Of a DNA stretch of 64,000 nt, positions 11,608 through 23,225 are shown in pieces. The first letter of the stretch is position 1; each line of letters begins with the position of its first letter. The notes below the pieces were generated by a model that was not told the DNA's origin, made no database searches, and saw nothing but the letters and a program-made list of their open reading frames with translations. Position numbers and translations under genes: made by a program. Origin of the DNA: Macrostomum lignano (taxonomy: Eukaryota); contig NIVC01001414.1 in the NCBI GenBank assembly GCA_002269645.1, forward strand, positions 186,001-250,000, given 5' to 3'.

Positions 11608-12008
11608 CCCACATTCGGTGTCTCCGCCCTTGCCAGCACTGCGACCACCTCCGAGTGCCCTTTGGTCTCTGCCGCATTCAGCGGAGTGGCATCCGAAAAG
11701 TTCCTCTCATCGCGGGATGCACCGTATCTGAGGAAAAGCTCAACGAATTCCGTGTTGCCAGCAGCAGAAGCCAAGTGCAGAGGCGTATTTCCCTCCAGAT
11801 CTGCTGCGTTGAGATCCGCACCCAGCTGGAGCAACAGCTCTGCGCACTTGAGGTGACATTTGCTAGACGGCCGCAAGCCTCCACTGGCTGCCACCGTGAG
11901 AGGAGTTCTTCCCTCCCAGTCTCTCCAGTTGCAGTTCTCTTTGTTTACAGTTTTTTTAAACCCCTTCTTCCTAGCTTGGCTGATGAGGCAGTTCAGCTTC
12001 TCGGCTTC
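11608..12008 (-). CDS. Ankyrin-repeat exon (about 3 repeats) of the ANK-kinase gene, copy 1
   Basis: [43 protein letters not shown]. 401 nt, the same length as the paralog at 43515-43915. Confidence 0.85.
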
Positions 12009-12354
12009 CTGAAAATTTTATGGCAAATTTTTAGGTGACCATCTGTGGTTTTATTCGATCGCTTTCTCGGCAACAGAAACGTTTACTTACCGTAATGGAG
12101 TGCTCGTTTAACCCAAATTTCTCTCTAAAATGGTTTGTTTAAACGGTAATTTTCATTTTAAAAGAATGAATGCCTGAATATCCACGGTGATACAAAACTA
12201 ATAAAATAACTAAAAAGATATTTAATTACAATTCCTGAAATGTCAAGTATAGTTGTCAGTTATCACCCAGTACTTTTATTTTATTGACAGTACTAGGTGT
12301 GAAATGTTTAAAATACTCGCAGAAGGGCTGCTGGCGAAAGTGACATGCATCGTT

Positions 12355-13293
12355 TCAGCAACCCCTGCTGAGGCAGTTCTGCCTATTGCGCTGACTCCTG
12401 AGCGCATACGGTACAAGTGCGTCAATACGGTACACAGGCACGCACTCATACACACGATCACACAGGATGCATAGCGGTCCTGACTTTCTAATCGTCATAC
12501 AGGTACATTCTGTGTGCCTTAGGGGTCGGCCCTGATGGCTGTGAATCACAAAAAAAACCCCAGCCAATGATCCGTGCACGAGCTCCTAATGAATGGGGCG
12601 GCGCACAGAATCAAAACTCTGAGCTGCTCTGCCGTTGTTTGGCTCCCAGACTTTGAGCCTGACCAGTTCAGGTATTTCTACTCACTGCAGAAGATGCAAG
12701 CAGATGTCATCGTAGCCCTGCTTCCACGCAGACCAGTAGATGCTGGCGTATTTCTCAGCACCACTGTCACGCAGAATCTCCGGCTCATGCTTCAGAACAG
12801 TCTTCACCAGCTCCAGGTTTCCAGCAGAAACAGCCATGGTCAGGCCAGACTGACCGGCCTTGACAGTGAACTGAGAGTTGGCCCCGTTGTCCAACAACAT
12901 CTCTGCTACCGGAGCATTCTCCTCTTCTACTGCAAGCAGCAACGGCGTCATGCAGCTTCCATCTGCGCTGTTGATGTCTGCCCTGTGGTTTGCCAGCAAA
13001 GTGTTTAGCAGAGGAATGTTGTTGGAGAGGACGGCGCAGTGCCAGACGGAGTGCTTCCGGCTGTCTGCAGCTTGCGGATCAGCTCCTCTGCTGATGAGGA
13101 TTTCGAAGCACTCGGCATGAGCCTCGGAGCCTTGAGAGAAGTCCGTGACTGAGGCTGCTGCGGCACAGAGAAGGGCCGTGCGATGAGGAAACGATTCGTG
13201 TGGGTCTTGCAGCACTGACGGATCGGCTTCAAGGATTTGAGCGAGCTTTGACGCATCTCCGGTGGCTGCGAGATGATGCAGAGCTCTGGGAGT
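12355..13293 (-). CDS. Ankyrin-repeat exon (13293-12686) plus terminal exon (12538-12355) of the orphan-ANK gene, copy 1
   Basis: TPRALHHLAATGD, RTALLCAA, MTPLLLAVEEENAPVAEMLLDNGA, SGLTMAVSAGNLELVK. Splice phases are compatible, and AATAAA lies about 70 nt downstream on the minus strand. Confidence 0.75.
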
Positions 13294-15606
13294 CTGTAAA
13301 GTTTATTTTGAAGCATATTTATATCAAATATATCAAAACTTACTGGCTATGACGAAAATATTATCGCTAGCAGTTTTCTCGGGGGTTTCCAAGACAGCAG
13401 AATCTGTATTGTTCCATTGTCGTGCCGTGAATTTGGCATAAAGAAACTCAAGGTTTATTTTAACTAGCAAGTAGCTTATTTATTAATGACACGAGCAGGG
13501 GCTGAGAGAACACCGAAATAAAGTCACGTGATGATAATTAACCACGTACAAGTACATGGAGGCTTAGGGGTACGGCCAGTCAGAGCGAAGGGAGAGGAAA
13601 GAATGGTGTGCACGTACGATGCACGTACATAGCATAAGTTAGTTAGTCAGTCAGTGCCTAGAGCTCAGCGCTCCGGCACCACATTCCCAAAGCAATCTCT
13701 GAAAGGGGTCCACTTCGATAGAAAGTCCTGCAACATCATATGCTTTTACTTGCTACTTAATTAGTCAAGCAATGAATCACTGTTAGCAGACAATTACGAA
13801 AAAATAAATTTACAACAAACCCCAGATGTCTCACTGAGTTCCTATTAAATATTTTATTATAAACAGCACGAGCCTCATTTAGAATTCGAGCTACATGCAA
13901 GAGTATCCTTCTCAGCGCCTGACTTTATACTGGCGCTGGCTTCCTGGCTGAGAACTTTAAACTAGCTGACTACTGTAGGCCTCCCAAACTGGAAGGCAAC
14001 ATTTTGAATCTACACCCCACCTTCAAACTCTCCGAGTCTGAGACGAGGCTGCTAGATAGGGGACTCAATTTTATCCCAACCCAAGCCCTTGATTTCGATG
14101 GTTTGAGGAACTGCATGACGGAATTTCATCGTAAACTTTTCTGGAAAGACTTTTTCAAAAAGAGGGGTCTTGCCAATACCAGCCCGCCCCCCCTTCACCG
14201 GGAAATCAGTGAAGGAGGTTCCCCTCAGACTTAGAAGGGATGAGTGCAACTTGTTGGTACTTGAGAACCAAAATCTGGTAGAGAATTTGACAACGGTACA
14301 GATCAAAGGCAACCTAGAGGTACCAGAGACCTGGGCGATTCAGGGGCTCAAGCGAAACAGCTCCGTCCTTATAAAAAGCCGGACAAAGGCAACGCAGTGG
14401 TCATCATGCACCCCAAGGATTACGAATTTGCAGCCTACAACCAATTGCTTGACACTAATGCCTATCAACAGCTGGACCAGCCACTGCAACCCGAGACTGC
14501 GGAACTTATTAGGGGGATCTTCCTCAATTTATGTAACAGAAAGTTCATTTCTAAGAAACAGTGTGCATTTCTTTGTCCCGGAGAGAACTTCCGTCCCCGG
14601 CATTTCTACCTGCTCCCAAAAATTCACAAGGACCCGGCCACCTGGCTGATCCCCTTTCGGGTCCCAGCAGGCAGACCTATTGTTAGCGGATGCAGTTCTG
14701 AAGCAATTGGGGCAGAAAAGTACATAGACTTCTTTCTAAAACCGATTGCCCAAGCGCAACCCACTTTCATTAAGGACTCCTATGACTTCAAGCAGCCTAT
14801 GACCTTATGGATAAAAGCTGCACAGAAGGTTCGACTCTGGCAACTTGTGATGTCCAGAGTCTGTACTCCATGATCCCAATAGATCAGGGCATTGCAGCGA
14901 TCCAGGAATTCTTTAACCGATACCCGGATCCCATTAGACCGGATGCTGAAATAATAAAGCTACTGGAACTGTGTTTGTACAGGAATGACTTTGAATTTGA
15001 CAAAATGATTTTCCTACAACTTAGAGGTACAGCCATGGGGCGCATATTTGCGCCCAGCTATGCCTGTCTCTTCATGAGCCTCTGGGAGGAAACTGCCCTG
15101 AGAACTGCTCTTTATAAGCCGAACATCTATTTTAGGTACATAGATGATATCTTCATTCACTGGGAACACCCGGCTGAAGCTCTGACAGAATTTGTTCGAC
15201 ACCTGAATTCAATCAACCCCAACATCAAACTCACCGTCAGCTCCTCATCAACTGAGGTCAGTTTCCTTGACATGACCATCAGGAAAGCTGAAAACCGCTT
15301 CACAAGACAACTGTTTTCAAAAGAAACAGACACTCATAGATTGTTGCACCGACAGTCCTTCCATCCGTCACACACCTTCAAGGGGGTAGTAAAATCCCAA
15401 GTCCTTCGGTACTCTCGTATCTGTGATGACTACAAGTCTTTCAACGATGCTTTCAATTCTTTAAAATCGGAACTCAAGCAATTAGGCTACTCGAAGATTT
15501 TTCTTAGGAACTGCAAAAAGGAGGTCCTCAAACTTATGAACTGGACTGCGGGACCAACAACCAATCTGGGTCTGCTTCCTAAAGGGTTCCATCCCTGTGG
15601 GTCATC

Positions 15607-16214
15607 CACGGACTACTTTGTGTTTCGCATTTGCTTTATACAAGAAACCTGTTATACCAATTTAGTCTATACCTTTTGCATACATTTTGATAAAAGCCTA
15701 TAATATTAAAATGACATCAAAAAACATAATTGAATACTTAGACTTAAATTATTATTCTCAAAATCTTTGTCTTATTTCGTCTTTTCACTCTTTTTATCCG
15801 ATGCGATGGGCACAGAACCAGTGGTATCTATACCTGTACGTCTTCGATAGGTTTTTCGTATGCCCAGGTTAAAGGTTCGCTCCACAGAGACAATCAACGG
15901 GGTAATACTGAAGCATCGTTTGAAGTAGGTGCTATATCAAGGTAAAGAGCCATATTTTATGCCATAGTGTCGCACTTCGAAACTCACCAGACAAAAGCTA
16001 GTACTCGTCGCTTGAAACTAATTTTAAGGTTTCTACATCGTTTTAATCATACATTGCATATCTCACACCAACAAGGACTAAGTTATGTGCATCCTGTGAA
16101 AAAACTACACTTCGGCGAGTTTCTGGAGTCGGGCTACATAAAATTGAATATTCAGCCTCCAATAAAATTTGCACGTTTCGCGCGTGTCGCGTCCTTCTAC
16201 TTAAGTAGTCCGTG
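15607..16214. mobile_element. 608-bp MITE (hAT-like) nested in the Penelope ORF
   Basis: Perfect 12-bp TIR CACGGACTACTT / AAGTAGTCCGTG. 8-bp TSD GGGTCATC at 15599-15606 and 16215-16222. No coding capacity. Confidence 0.9.
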
Positions 16215-17158
16215 GGGTCATCACGCTGCAAATGCTGCACCCACTCACAACCTGCTCTCTCCGCCCAGGGGCTGAAACCGGCTTCCGGTTTTTTAATCTC
16301 TCAGAGCCTGTCCTGTGGCTCCAAGAATATCATCTATGGCATCTCCTGCAACCAGTGCCACCCTGGGAAGATCTTCTATGTAGGGATGACAAGAAGAACA
16401 ATGAGAGATAGAATGAACCAACACAGGTCAAATATTAACAGGAGGGTCGTGACTTCGGGATCAGAGCACTTTCTCACCCCCAATCACTCGATTGCAAACT
16501 TTGTCTCCATTGCTATCGAACAAATTCTTAATAACAACAAAATCGAACTTAGGGAAGAAATCTGGATTAAAAAACTGGGGACTGACAAACCGCCGGGTAC
16601 GAACATCAGGGTCGACAATCATCTTCTCCGACCCATCCCATTGGTCCTTCCTTTTCACCCATCTACGGTCTGGCTTGCCAACGAGATTGCTAAAAACTTT
16701 GATAAGCTACAAAATAAACCAGGCTCCCGCATACTGCCCGCATTTACACGGCAACGTAACTTACAGAGCCTCCTGGCGCCCAATAAGTTCAAGTCTCAGC
16801 CAGGAAACATTTAATCATTTTAACCAATGCGCTATTTGTACCTATAGAACTACAATATTTATTCACTTTGTCGTGTATTTTACTCAAACTGCTTGATTGT
16901 ACGCGCAAATATCGATTTTTATGCTCCCACCCTCAATACCGCATTTTATTTAATCGTACTTCGAAAAAACAATTTTTTAATATACTAAATATACCGTCGC
17001 TTAAACTGACCGGTTGAAAGCCTCTGGGACAAGTTAGAGCTAGAATGAACCCAGTTTAAATGTACACCCCTCATATGTACAGCAGCTCAGCAATTTTATT
17101 TGACTGAGAAAACTAATACTTAAAAGACCAACTTGCACTGCATGAAACACTGATTTTT

Positions 17159-17196
17159 GGCCTGACGAAGAGCCCAGAGGCTCGAAACCGGTAGCC
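17159..17196 (+). ncRNA. Minimal type I hammerhead ribozyme in the Penelope 3' region
   Basis: GGC-CUGACGA-A-GAGCC(CAGA)GGCUC-GAAA-CCG-GUA-GCC: conserved core, 5-bp stem II, palindromic ACCGGU stem III, GUA cleavage triplet and 3-bp stem I. Confidence 0.8.
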
Positions 17197-18025
17197 CATA
17201 TTAAATTAATTAGTCTTTTGATTTTTAAACACGCCGTGACCTCTCTTCTCTCTCTCTCTCTCTACCTTTCTTTAGCTTTCAAATTATAAATCAGGCATGA
17301 AGTAACTGTATGGAGTTATACGAGTAGTTAAAAATCATGACAACGAGTACAACTTTGCTTGCATTATAAGGCAGCCACCGCAAGATTTCCTAACTTCAAC
17401 ATCCCTCTCTCCACGGAAGTTCAGACTTTCAAAGAGTAATCTCGGGTACTTTCAGCACAACTATTACATTGAAGCGTATTCAATACGTTTCTAACGTATT
17501 CTGATTCCAGCTATGCAAATGCTTAATTATAATGCCACATTCTCTCAATGAGAATCGTTAGCACAAACTTTTCACCGTTAAAATCCACCCGATTCCTTCC
17601 CCTGTCTCAAAACTGCAGAGAAGTCTTATGATTTTCAAAACAACTTTTTACTGGTTAGGGTTTTTCTATAAGTATCTGACCACCAGCAACAGAGTTTGAA
17701 ATATTAAACAGCATTATATAGATCTGTTTATCTTCGCTCTAGAGACATAGGTGTACTGAAGAATTTAAATGTTTAGAAATTTTTTCATCACAACGTTCAG
17801 AAAGTAAAAAAAGCAATCATACTAGATTAGACCATTAGCAATTAAAAGTATCAATAGAGAAGATGTTCTACGAGCGGAAGTCGACGCCCCTTTTTCTAGT
17901 TTTTTGCATAAAATAGTAGCTCTTACAGACAGAATTAATGCGATTTTGAGGCAGTGTAAAATTCTGTACTGAAAGATCTCATAACAATTACTACAAAAGC
18001 ATTGTGCTGCTCTGCGACCACTTAC

Positions 18026-19188
18026 ATGTGCTGGAGATTCTGCATCAGCGCTCTCCTTTTGGGCTTCCTGAGCTCTGAAATGGGACGATACATTGTGTCA
18101 CCACTATGATAATGATAAAATTGCACTGTTAAAACTGTCTTACACTTTTGCTGCTGCCTGCAGCATGTGAGCGGTGTTTCGGCAGGGCACCGTGAAGCAC
18201 TCCAGCTGAAACGAGTGCTCCTGAGCCAGCTGCTCACACTTGGAAGCCGCAGCACGCAGGAACTGGTCATCGCTGAACTCGCTTAGTACCTGTTCCGCTG
18301 ACAGAGCTCCTGTGTCCTGATAGCATTCTCCTTGTTGAAAATCGAATAGAATTACTCGGATTTTCAGGCCAGAATTCGATTCCACTCGAATTCGAGTCAC
18401 GTCATGGTTGGGCAACCGCTTACGTTGACATTCAACTTCTTTTCTGGTCTTCAGGTACCATTCGCACGTGCTGATCTCGTTGAACAGAATGCACAGATAA
18501 ACTGGCGCAGAACGCTTTGAGCTCTCAGCGATGCAGTGCTCCAACTCTTCATTGACTGCTCATCTTCTCCGTTTAAGCAGGAAGTCACAGCGACTCTCAT
18601 CGAGCACTGGGGCTGATCTCCGATCGTCACCAACGCATCGCCAGCCTTCAAGTCCAAAAGTGACTCAAGACGGGTTTCTCCCGGGACCCTCAGTAGATGG
18701 CAGAACACAAAAGCGGATGACAGGAAATGCCTGATTGAAACGTCATCAAGCAGCTGCGGTTGGACTGAGGATTTGAGTATTCGCTCAGCAGTGCTTGGAT
18801 CGACTTGAATCCTGAGCCGCTTGACTCCAGTCACTTTAATCAGTTGCGATACAAGTCTGCACAGATCACTGAGCACTGGGGGAAAAGTTGCACTGAATCG
18901 CTCGCTTAAATTCGGTAAGCCCGTGAAGGTGACTTTTACCGAGTGCAATGAAGACACCACTGCATATGGAGCTTGATCCGATCCGGTCGTGTCTTCAGAA
19001 TCATGAGCTTCCAGACTGGAAATCGTGATCTCACAGCCGGCGTCTTGGCTGTTGGAAGTTGTGAGTCTCAGAACTGGACTTGCCTCGACAGGTCTGCTTA
19101 TGTTGTTACGTTTTGACTGAGAAGATCCCAGAATATCACACAGCTTGAGCACGGTTTGCCGGATGTCCACGCAATTTAGAATGTCCAT
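18026..19188 (-). pseudogene. Orphan-domain exon (19188-18144) plus 49-nt micro-exon (18074-18026), copy 1, frameshifted
   Basis: Two ORFs (18451-19188 and 18140-18544) together match the intact 352-aa ORF at 53796-54854. There is a 1-nt deletion near 18565. Confidence 0.75.
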
Positions 19189-20808
19189 ACTTTCTTTGGT
19201 GATTGGATTTCGTTTTTTTGTTGGCTGTAAAAAAGAACTTATCTAATATAAAGGACCACTAGTTGTTATAGTATGGTCTTGGCTTGTACATGTATTGAAG
19301 CAGCGTCTCTCGAAGAGACAACTCTATAGCTATTTTATAATACGAGCCTAATACCTCTATAGGGAGGCAACGGATAAAGAAGTATTTTTATAAAAAACAT
19401 GTGAGTCATGAGCTTCCATTTTTAATTTCTTAGGTGGGAGAGGGATGGAGGAGAAAGGAGGGAAACATAGGGAGATATCTACTTTAGAGATGGAGGGATG
19501 TAGCAACTGTGCGAGTTGGCTGCATTCGAGAGAGGGTATCGGTAAGAACAATGTTTTCGATGGCCATTGCTGCAGTGAAGCTTTGGGTGGTGCTGTATTG
19601 GAAGAGTCTGTTGTCAGAGTAGCAGCTGTCAGTCACATGTGCATGCTGCCTGCAGCCCAGTTTGCCCTTATTGTCAGCCTAAAATTCATAATATGCCGAA
19701 ATTTTTCACCTTTTAAACAACGATATTCTACTTCGGCTTCAACATCAGTCGGCAGCTCTCTTATCAAAGCTGCTGGCAGAGGTATTGCGAATCCTAATGA
19801 GAGAACGATGTTAAACCATCAAAGAGGCTTGGAGAGAAAAAAGCATGGAAGCAGAAAGGCTTCGGCCAATGAAATCTTTATCAGCTGGGGTCGGCAAAAA
19901 GTTTTGGGGCGTTGACGGTAGTGGGACCGCCTGCGGCTTAGTGCGGATGCAGTGAAATAGGCACAAATTGGCGCTGGGGTAGCTGCGGTTCTGGGGTGAG
20001 TCTGGGGGTGAGTTATATGTTCAGCAGTGTATCGGGGAATGTGCAGGTGTATTGGGCGCATGAATGTGCATTGTGGTGCATGGATTAAAGGCTTAATGTG
20101 CTCACAGGTCCCTAGCCAGAAGCAACGCACCAACCCGCAAATGAACCGCAGAGTTTCGCAGCCACGAGAGACTCACCGGCAGATCTTCAAGCGTCAGCAG
20201 GTCAGGGTGGACAGTCAGACTCCGCACCCCAGAATCCGCAACATTCGTGGACTGAACTGCGCATTTAAGCAGTGGCTGTTAGAGGTGCAGAGGCTGGGGT
20301 AAACATTCAGCTGTGACTGTTAACTTGCCGCCTTTGGCTATCCTGGGACCGGAAATTCTACGCAAGGTGTAGAATTCTAGGCAAGTTCTATTCTAGGCAA
20401 GGTGCATGCACCTGATCTGTGCCACGCCAAATGGTCGGCACATAGATAACACCGCAATGAGTCACTTGTGAAATTTAAATGTAAAACTTTCAAAAAATGT
20501 GAATTTTTATTATATTAATATAACTGTGGTGCTTGTTACATTTCCTTTGTCTTGAGTTCATTCAAATATTGCGCATTTTTGTTGCGTTCCAGCCTTGGCC
20601 GTGTGAGTAAATGATGTAGGAATAAAAAACAGCAAGACGTGGGCATGTTGGGCGCTGATAAATATAGGATGCTTACTTTTTGTTTATTAGCTCATTTTCT
20701 CAAATACCTCAGTCAGAGGCAGCAAGTGCCAGCTGGGTCTACCGGAGGTCACTTTTCTCAGCACGGCGCCATCGTGAAACTGCGCAACATCCTGTAGTGG
20801 GCGATCGC

Positions 20809-21242
20809 TTTCACAAACCCTAAATTTCACAAACCCTAAATTTCACAAACTCTAAATTTCACAAAGTCGCAAGACACAAACTTGCATAAGCTCTAAATTT
20901 CATAAAACCTAATTTTCACAACGTCGAAAAGTTGTGCACAGAATTTCATAATCTCTAAATTTCAGAAGCTCTAAATTGCACAAGCCCTAAATTTCACAAA
21001 CCCTAAATTTCATACACCCTAATTTTCACAACGTCGAAAAGTTGTGCCCAGTATTTCATAATCTCTAAATTTCACAAGCCCTAAATTTCACACATCTTTC
21101 TTCCACAATCTTTCTGTATCTCCATAGTGTTTTTAGGCGTTGTGAAATTTAGGGCTTGTAAAATTCTGTGCATGCCTTCTAGGTGTTGTGAAATCTGCTG
21201 AATTGCTTATGTTCGACGTTGTGAAAACTAGGGTTTGTGAAA
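20809..21242. mobile_element. Foldback/MITE-like element built from 16-bp TTTCACAAACCCTAAA units
   Basis: Forward units at 20809-21090 and inverted units at 21140-21242. No TSD identified. Confidence 0.55.
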
Positions 21243-22156
21243 CGACCCTCCTGGAGTGGCAGGAACCCCGATTCCCCTCTCGCCGTCACATCTTCCTCTC
21301 TTCCCTTCTCCTCATCCTCTATTTCTCTCCCCCTCTTCCCCTTTCCCTCTTTCACCTTCCCCTCTTCCCTCTCCCAGTCTCAAGCGAGCTTATCCAGCCA
21401 GCAGAACTCGAGCCGCTGTCACCCAGAGAGCCTGCGTCCTGTTTTCAGTCTCATAAAAAACTTATTTCTCAAGCCGATCGGCCCTGCGTCAGCTTAGCAA
21501 ATAAACTGTGTGATTTTTAATGTAAGCAAATACTACTCGCTTGGCCAGTTAGTAGTAGCAAGTTGCGGGTATTTATTCTATACTGTTTTCAACTGATCGA
21601 GCTTCTGTATAACAACTATTTGCAAGGCGGAACTGAGAGCGCATTAATATCCCAATTTATCCCCAAAGCCAGAAGTACACTTGATCGAATTTCAGCTTCT
21701 GCCTGTCTGTCTCTTACTGTTTTTCCCTGTTTTTGTGCAACCCCAAATCTGTAAATTTTCTGTATTCATAAATGTGAATCGCTGTTCAAGGAACCCGCGC
21801 TGGTTTAAATTTTCTTTTGCAATTGCAAGATGAATGCAAATATAAATATTAAATAAATATGCATCCCCGATCTGATGATGCGACTCATTCAGACTGAGTA
21901 TTGCGTGCCAAGGCATGCAGTGATGTGGTTTGTAGCTGAGTGCCATCTCTGCATTCGCTAGGTAGTTGTATGGAGAGCAGTGGATGGATTTTAGCTTAGT
22001 ATATAAACTGTCACAGGTTCAGTGTTCAGTGCCTACTTGTAGTAGTAGTGATGATTAACTAATCCAGTCAGTTTAGTGCCTTACTTTGGCTTACTTGAGA
22101 CAGCATGAATGGCTTGGTGATTTGGGAAATGCAGCCTCTGCGGTGAAGGGCTCTTA

Positions 22157-23225
22157 CTGCCTCTGCCCCCTCTCCCCGCCTCTGCCCCTCTCCCCGCCTC
22201 TGCCCCTCTCCCCGACTCTGCCCCTCTCCCCGCCTCTGCCCCCTCTCCCCGCCTCTGCCCCTCTCCCCCATCTGCCCCCTCTCCCCGCCTCTGTCCCCTC
22301 TCCCTGCCTCTGCCCCCTCTCCCCGCCTCTGCCCCCTCTCCCCGCCTCTGCCCCCTCTCCCCCATCTGCCCCTCTCCCCGCCTCTGTCCCCTCTCCCTGC
22401 CTCTGCCCCCTCTCCCCGCCTCTGCCCCCTCTCCCCGCCTCTGCCCCCTCTCCCCGCCTCTGTCCCCTCTCCCCGCCTCTGCCCCTCTCTCCCGCCTTTG
22501 CCCACTCTCCCCGCCTCTGCCCCTCTCTCCGCCTCTGCCCCTCTCCGCGCCTCTGCCCCTCTCCGCGCCTCTGCCCCCTCTACCCGCCTCTGCCCCTCTC
22601 CCCGCCTCTGCCCCTCTCCCCGCCTCTGCCCCCTCTCCCCGCCTCTGTCCCCTCTCCCCGCCTCTGCCCCCTCTCCCCGCCTTTGCCCACTCTCCCCGCC
22701 TCTGCCCCCTCTCTCCGCCTCTGCCCTCTCCGCGCCTCTGCCCCTCTCCGCGCCTCTGCCCCCTCTACCCGCCTCTGCCCCTCTCCGCGCCTCTGCCCCT
22801 CTCCCCGCCTCTGCCCCCTCTACCCGCCTCTGCCCCTTCTCCCCGCCTCTGTCCCCTCTCCCCGCCTCTGCCCCTCTCCCCGCCTCTGCCCCCTCTCCCC
22901 GCCTCTGCCCCCTCTCCCCGCCTCTGTCCCCTCTCCCCGCCTCTGCCCCCTTCCCGCCTCTGTCCCTCTCCCCGCCTCTGCCCCCTCTCCCCGCCTTTGC
23001 CCCCTCTCCCCGCCTCTGCCCCTCTCCCGCCTCTGTCACCTCTCCCCGCCTCTGCCCCCTTCCCGCCTCTGTCCCTCTCCCCGCCTCTGCCCCCTCTCCC
23101 CGCCCCTGCCCCTCTCCCCGCCTCTGCCCCCTTCCCGCCTCTGTCCCCTCTCCCCGCCTCTGCCCCCTCTCCCCGCCTCTGCCTCTCTCCCCGCCTCTGC
23201 CCCTCTCCCCGCCTCTGCCCCTCTC
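22157..23225. repeat. C-rich 17-18-bp minisatellite (CCCCTCTCCCCGCCTCTG)n
   Basis: Directly visible. The opposite strand has regular G-runs. Confidence 0.95.

Larger units (their letters stand above)
13990..17240 (+). mobile_element. Penelope-like retroelement (Neptune-type: RT, Cys linker, GIY-YIG), frameshifted
   Basis: LSESETRLLDRGLNFIP, ADKGN-type motif, PKIHK..GRPIVS, DVQSLY, GTAMG, YFRYIDD, FLD, HPSHT, CGSSRCKCC, IIYGISC..C....YVGMTRR..RDRMNQHRS. At least three frameshifts (about 14190, 14375, 14800). The 5' boundary is uncertain. Confidence 0.92.
4226..19290. repeat. Segmental duplication unit, copy 1 (SVOP / ANK-kinase / orphan-ANK module)
   Basis: Colinear homology with 26966-54960, from CGAAGCAGCCCCGG to just past the orphan exon start. 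Same genes in the same order and orientation. Confidence 0.9.

Noticed and set aside
12570-12690. Selenocysteine/readthrough of the TGA ending the ANK ORF (conserved in both copies)
   Set aside because: The TGA is part of a canonical CA|GTGAGT donor with an in-phase downstream acceptor. No SECIS was identified.
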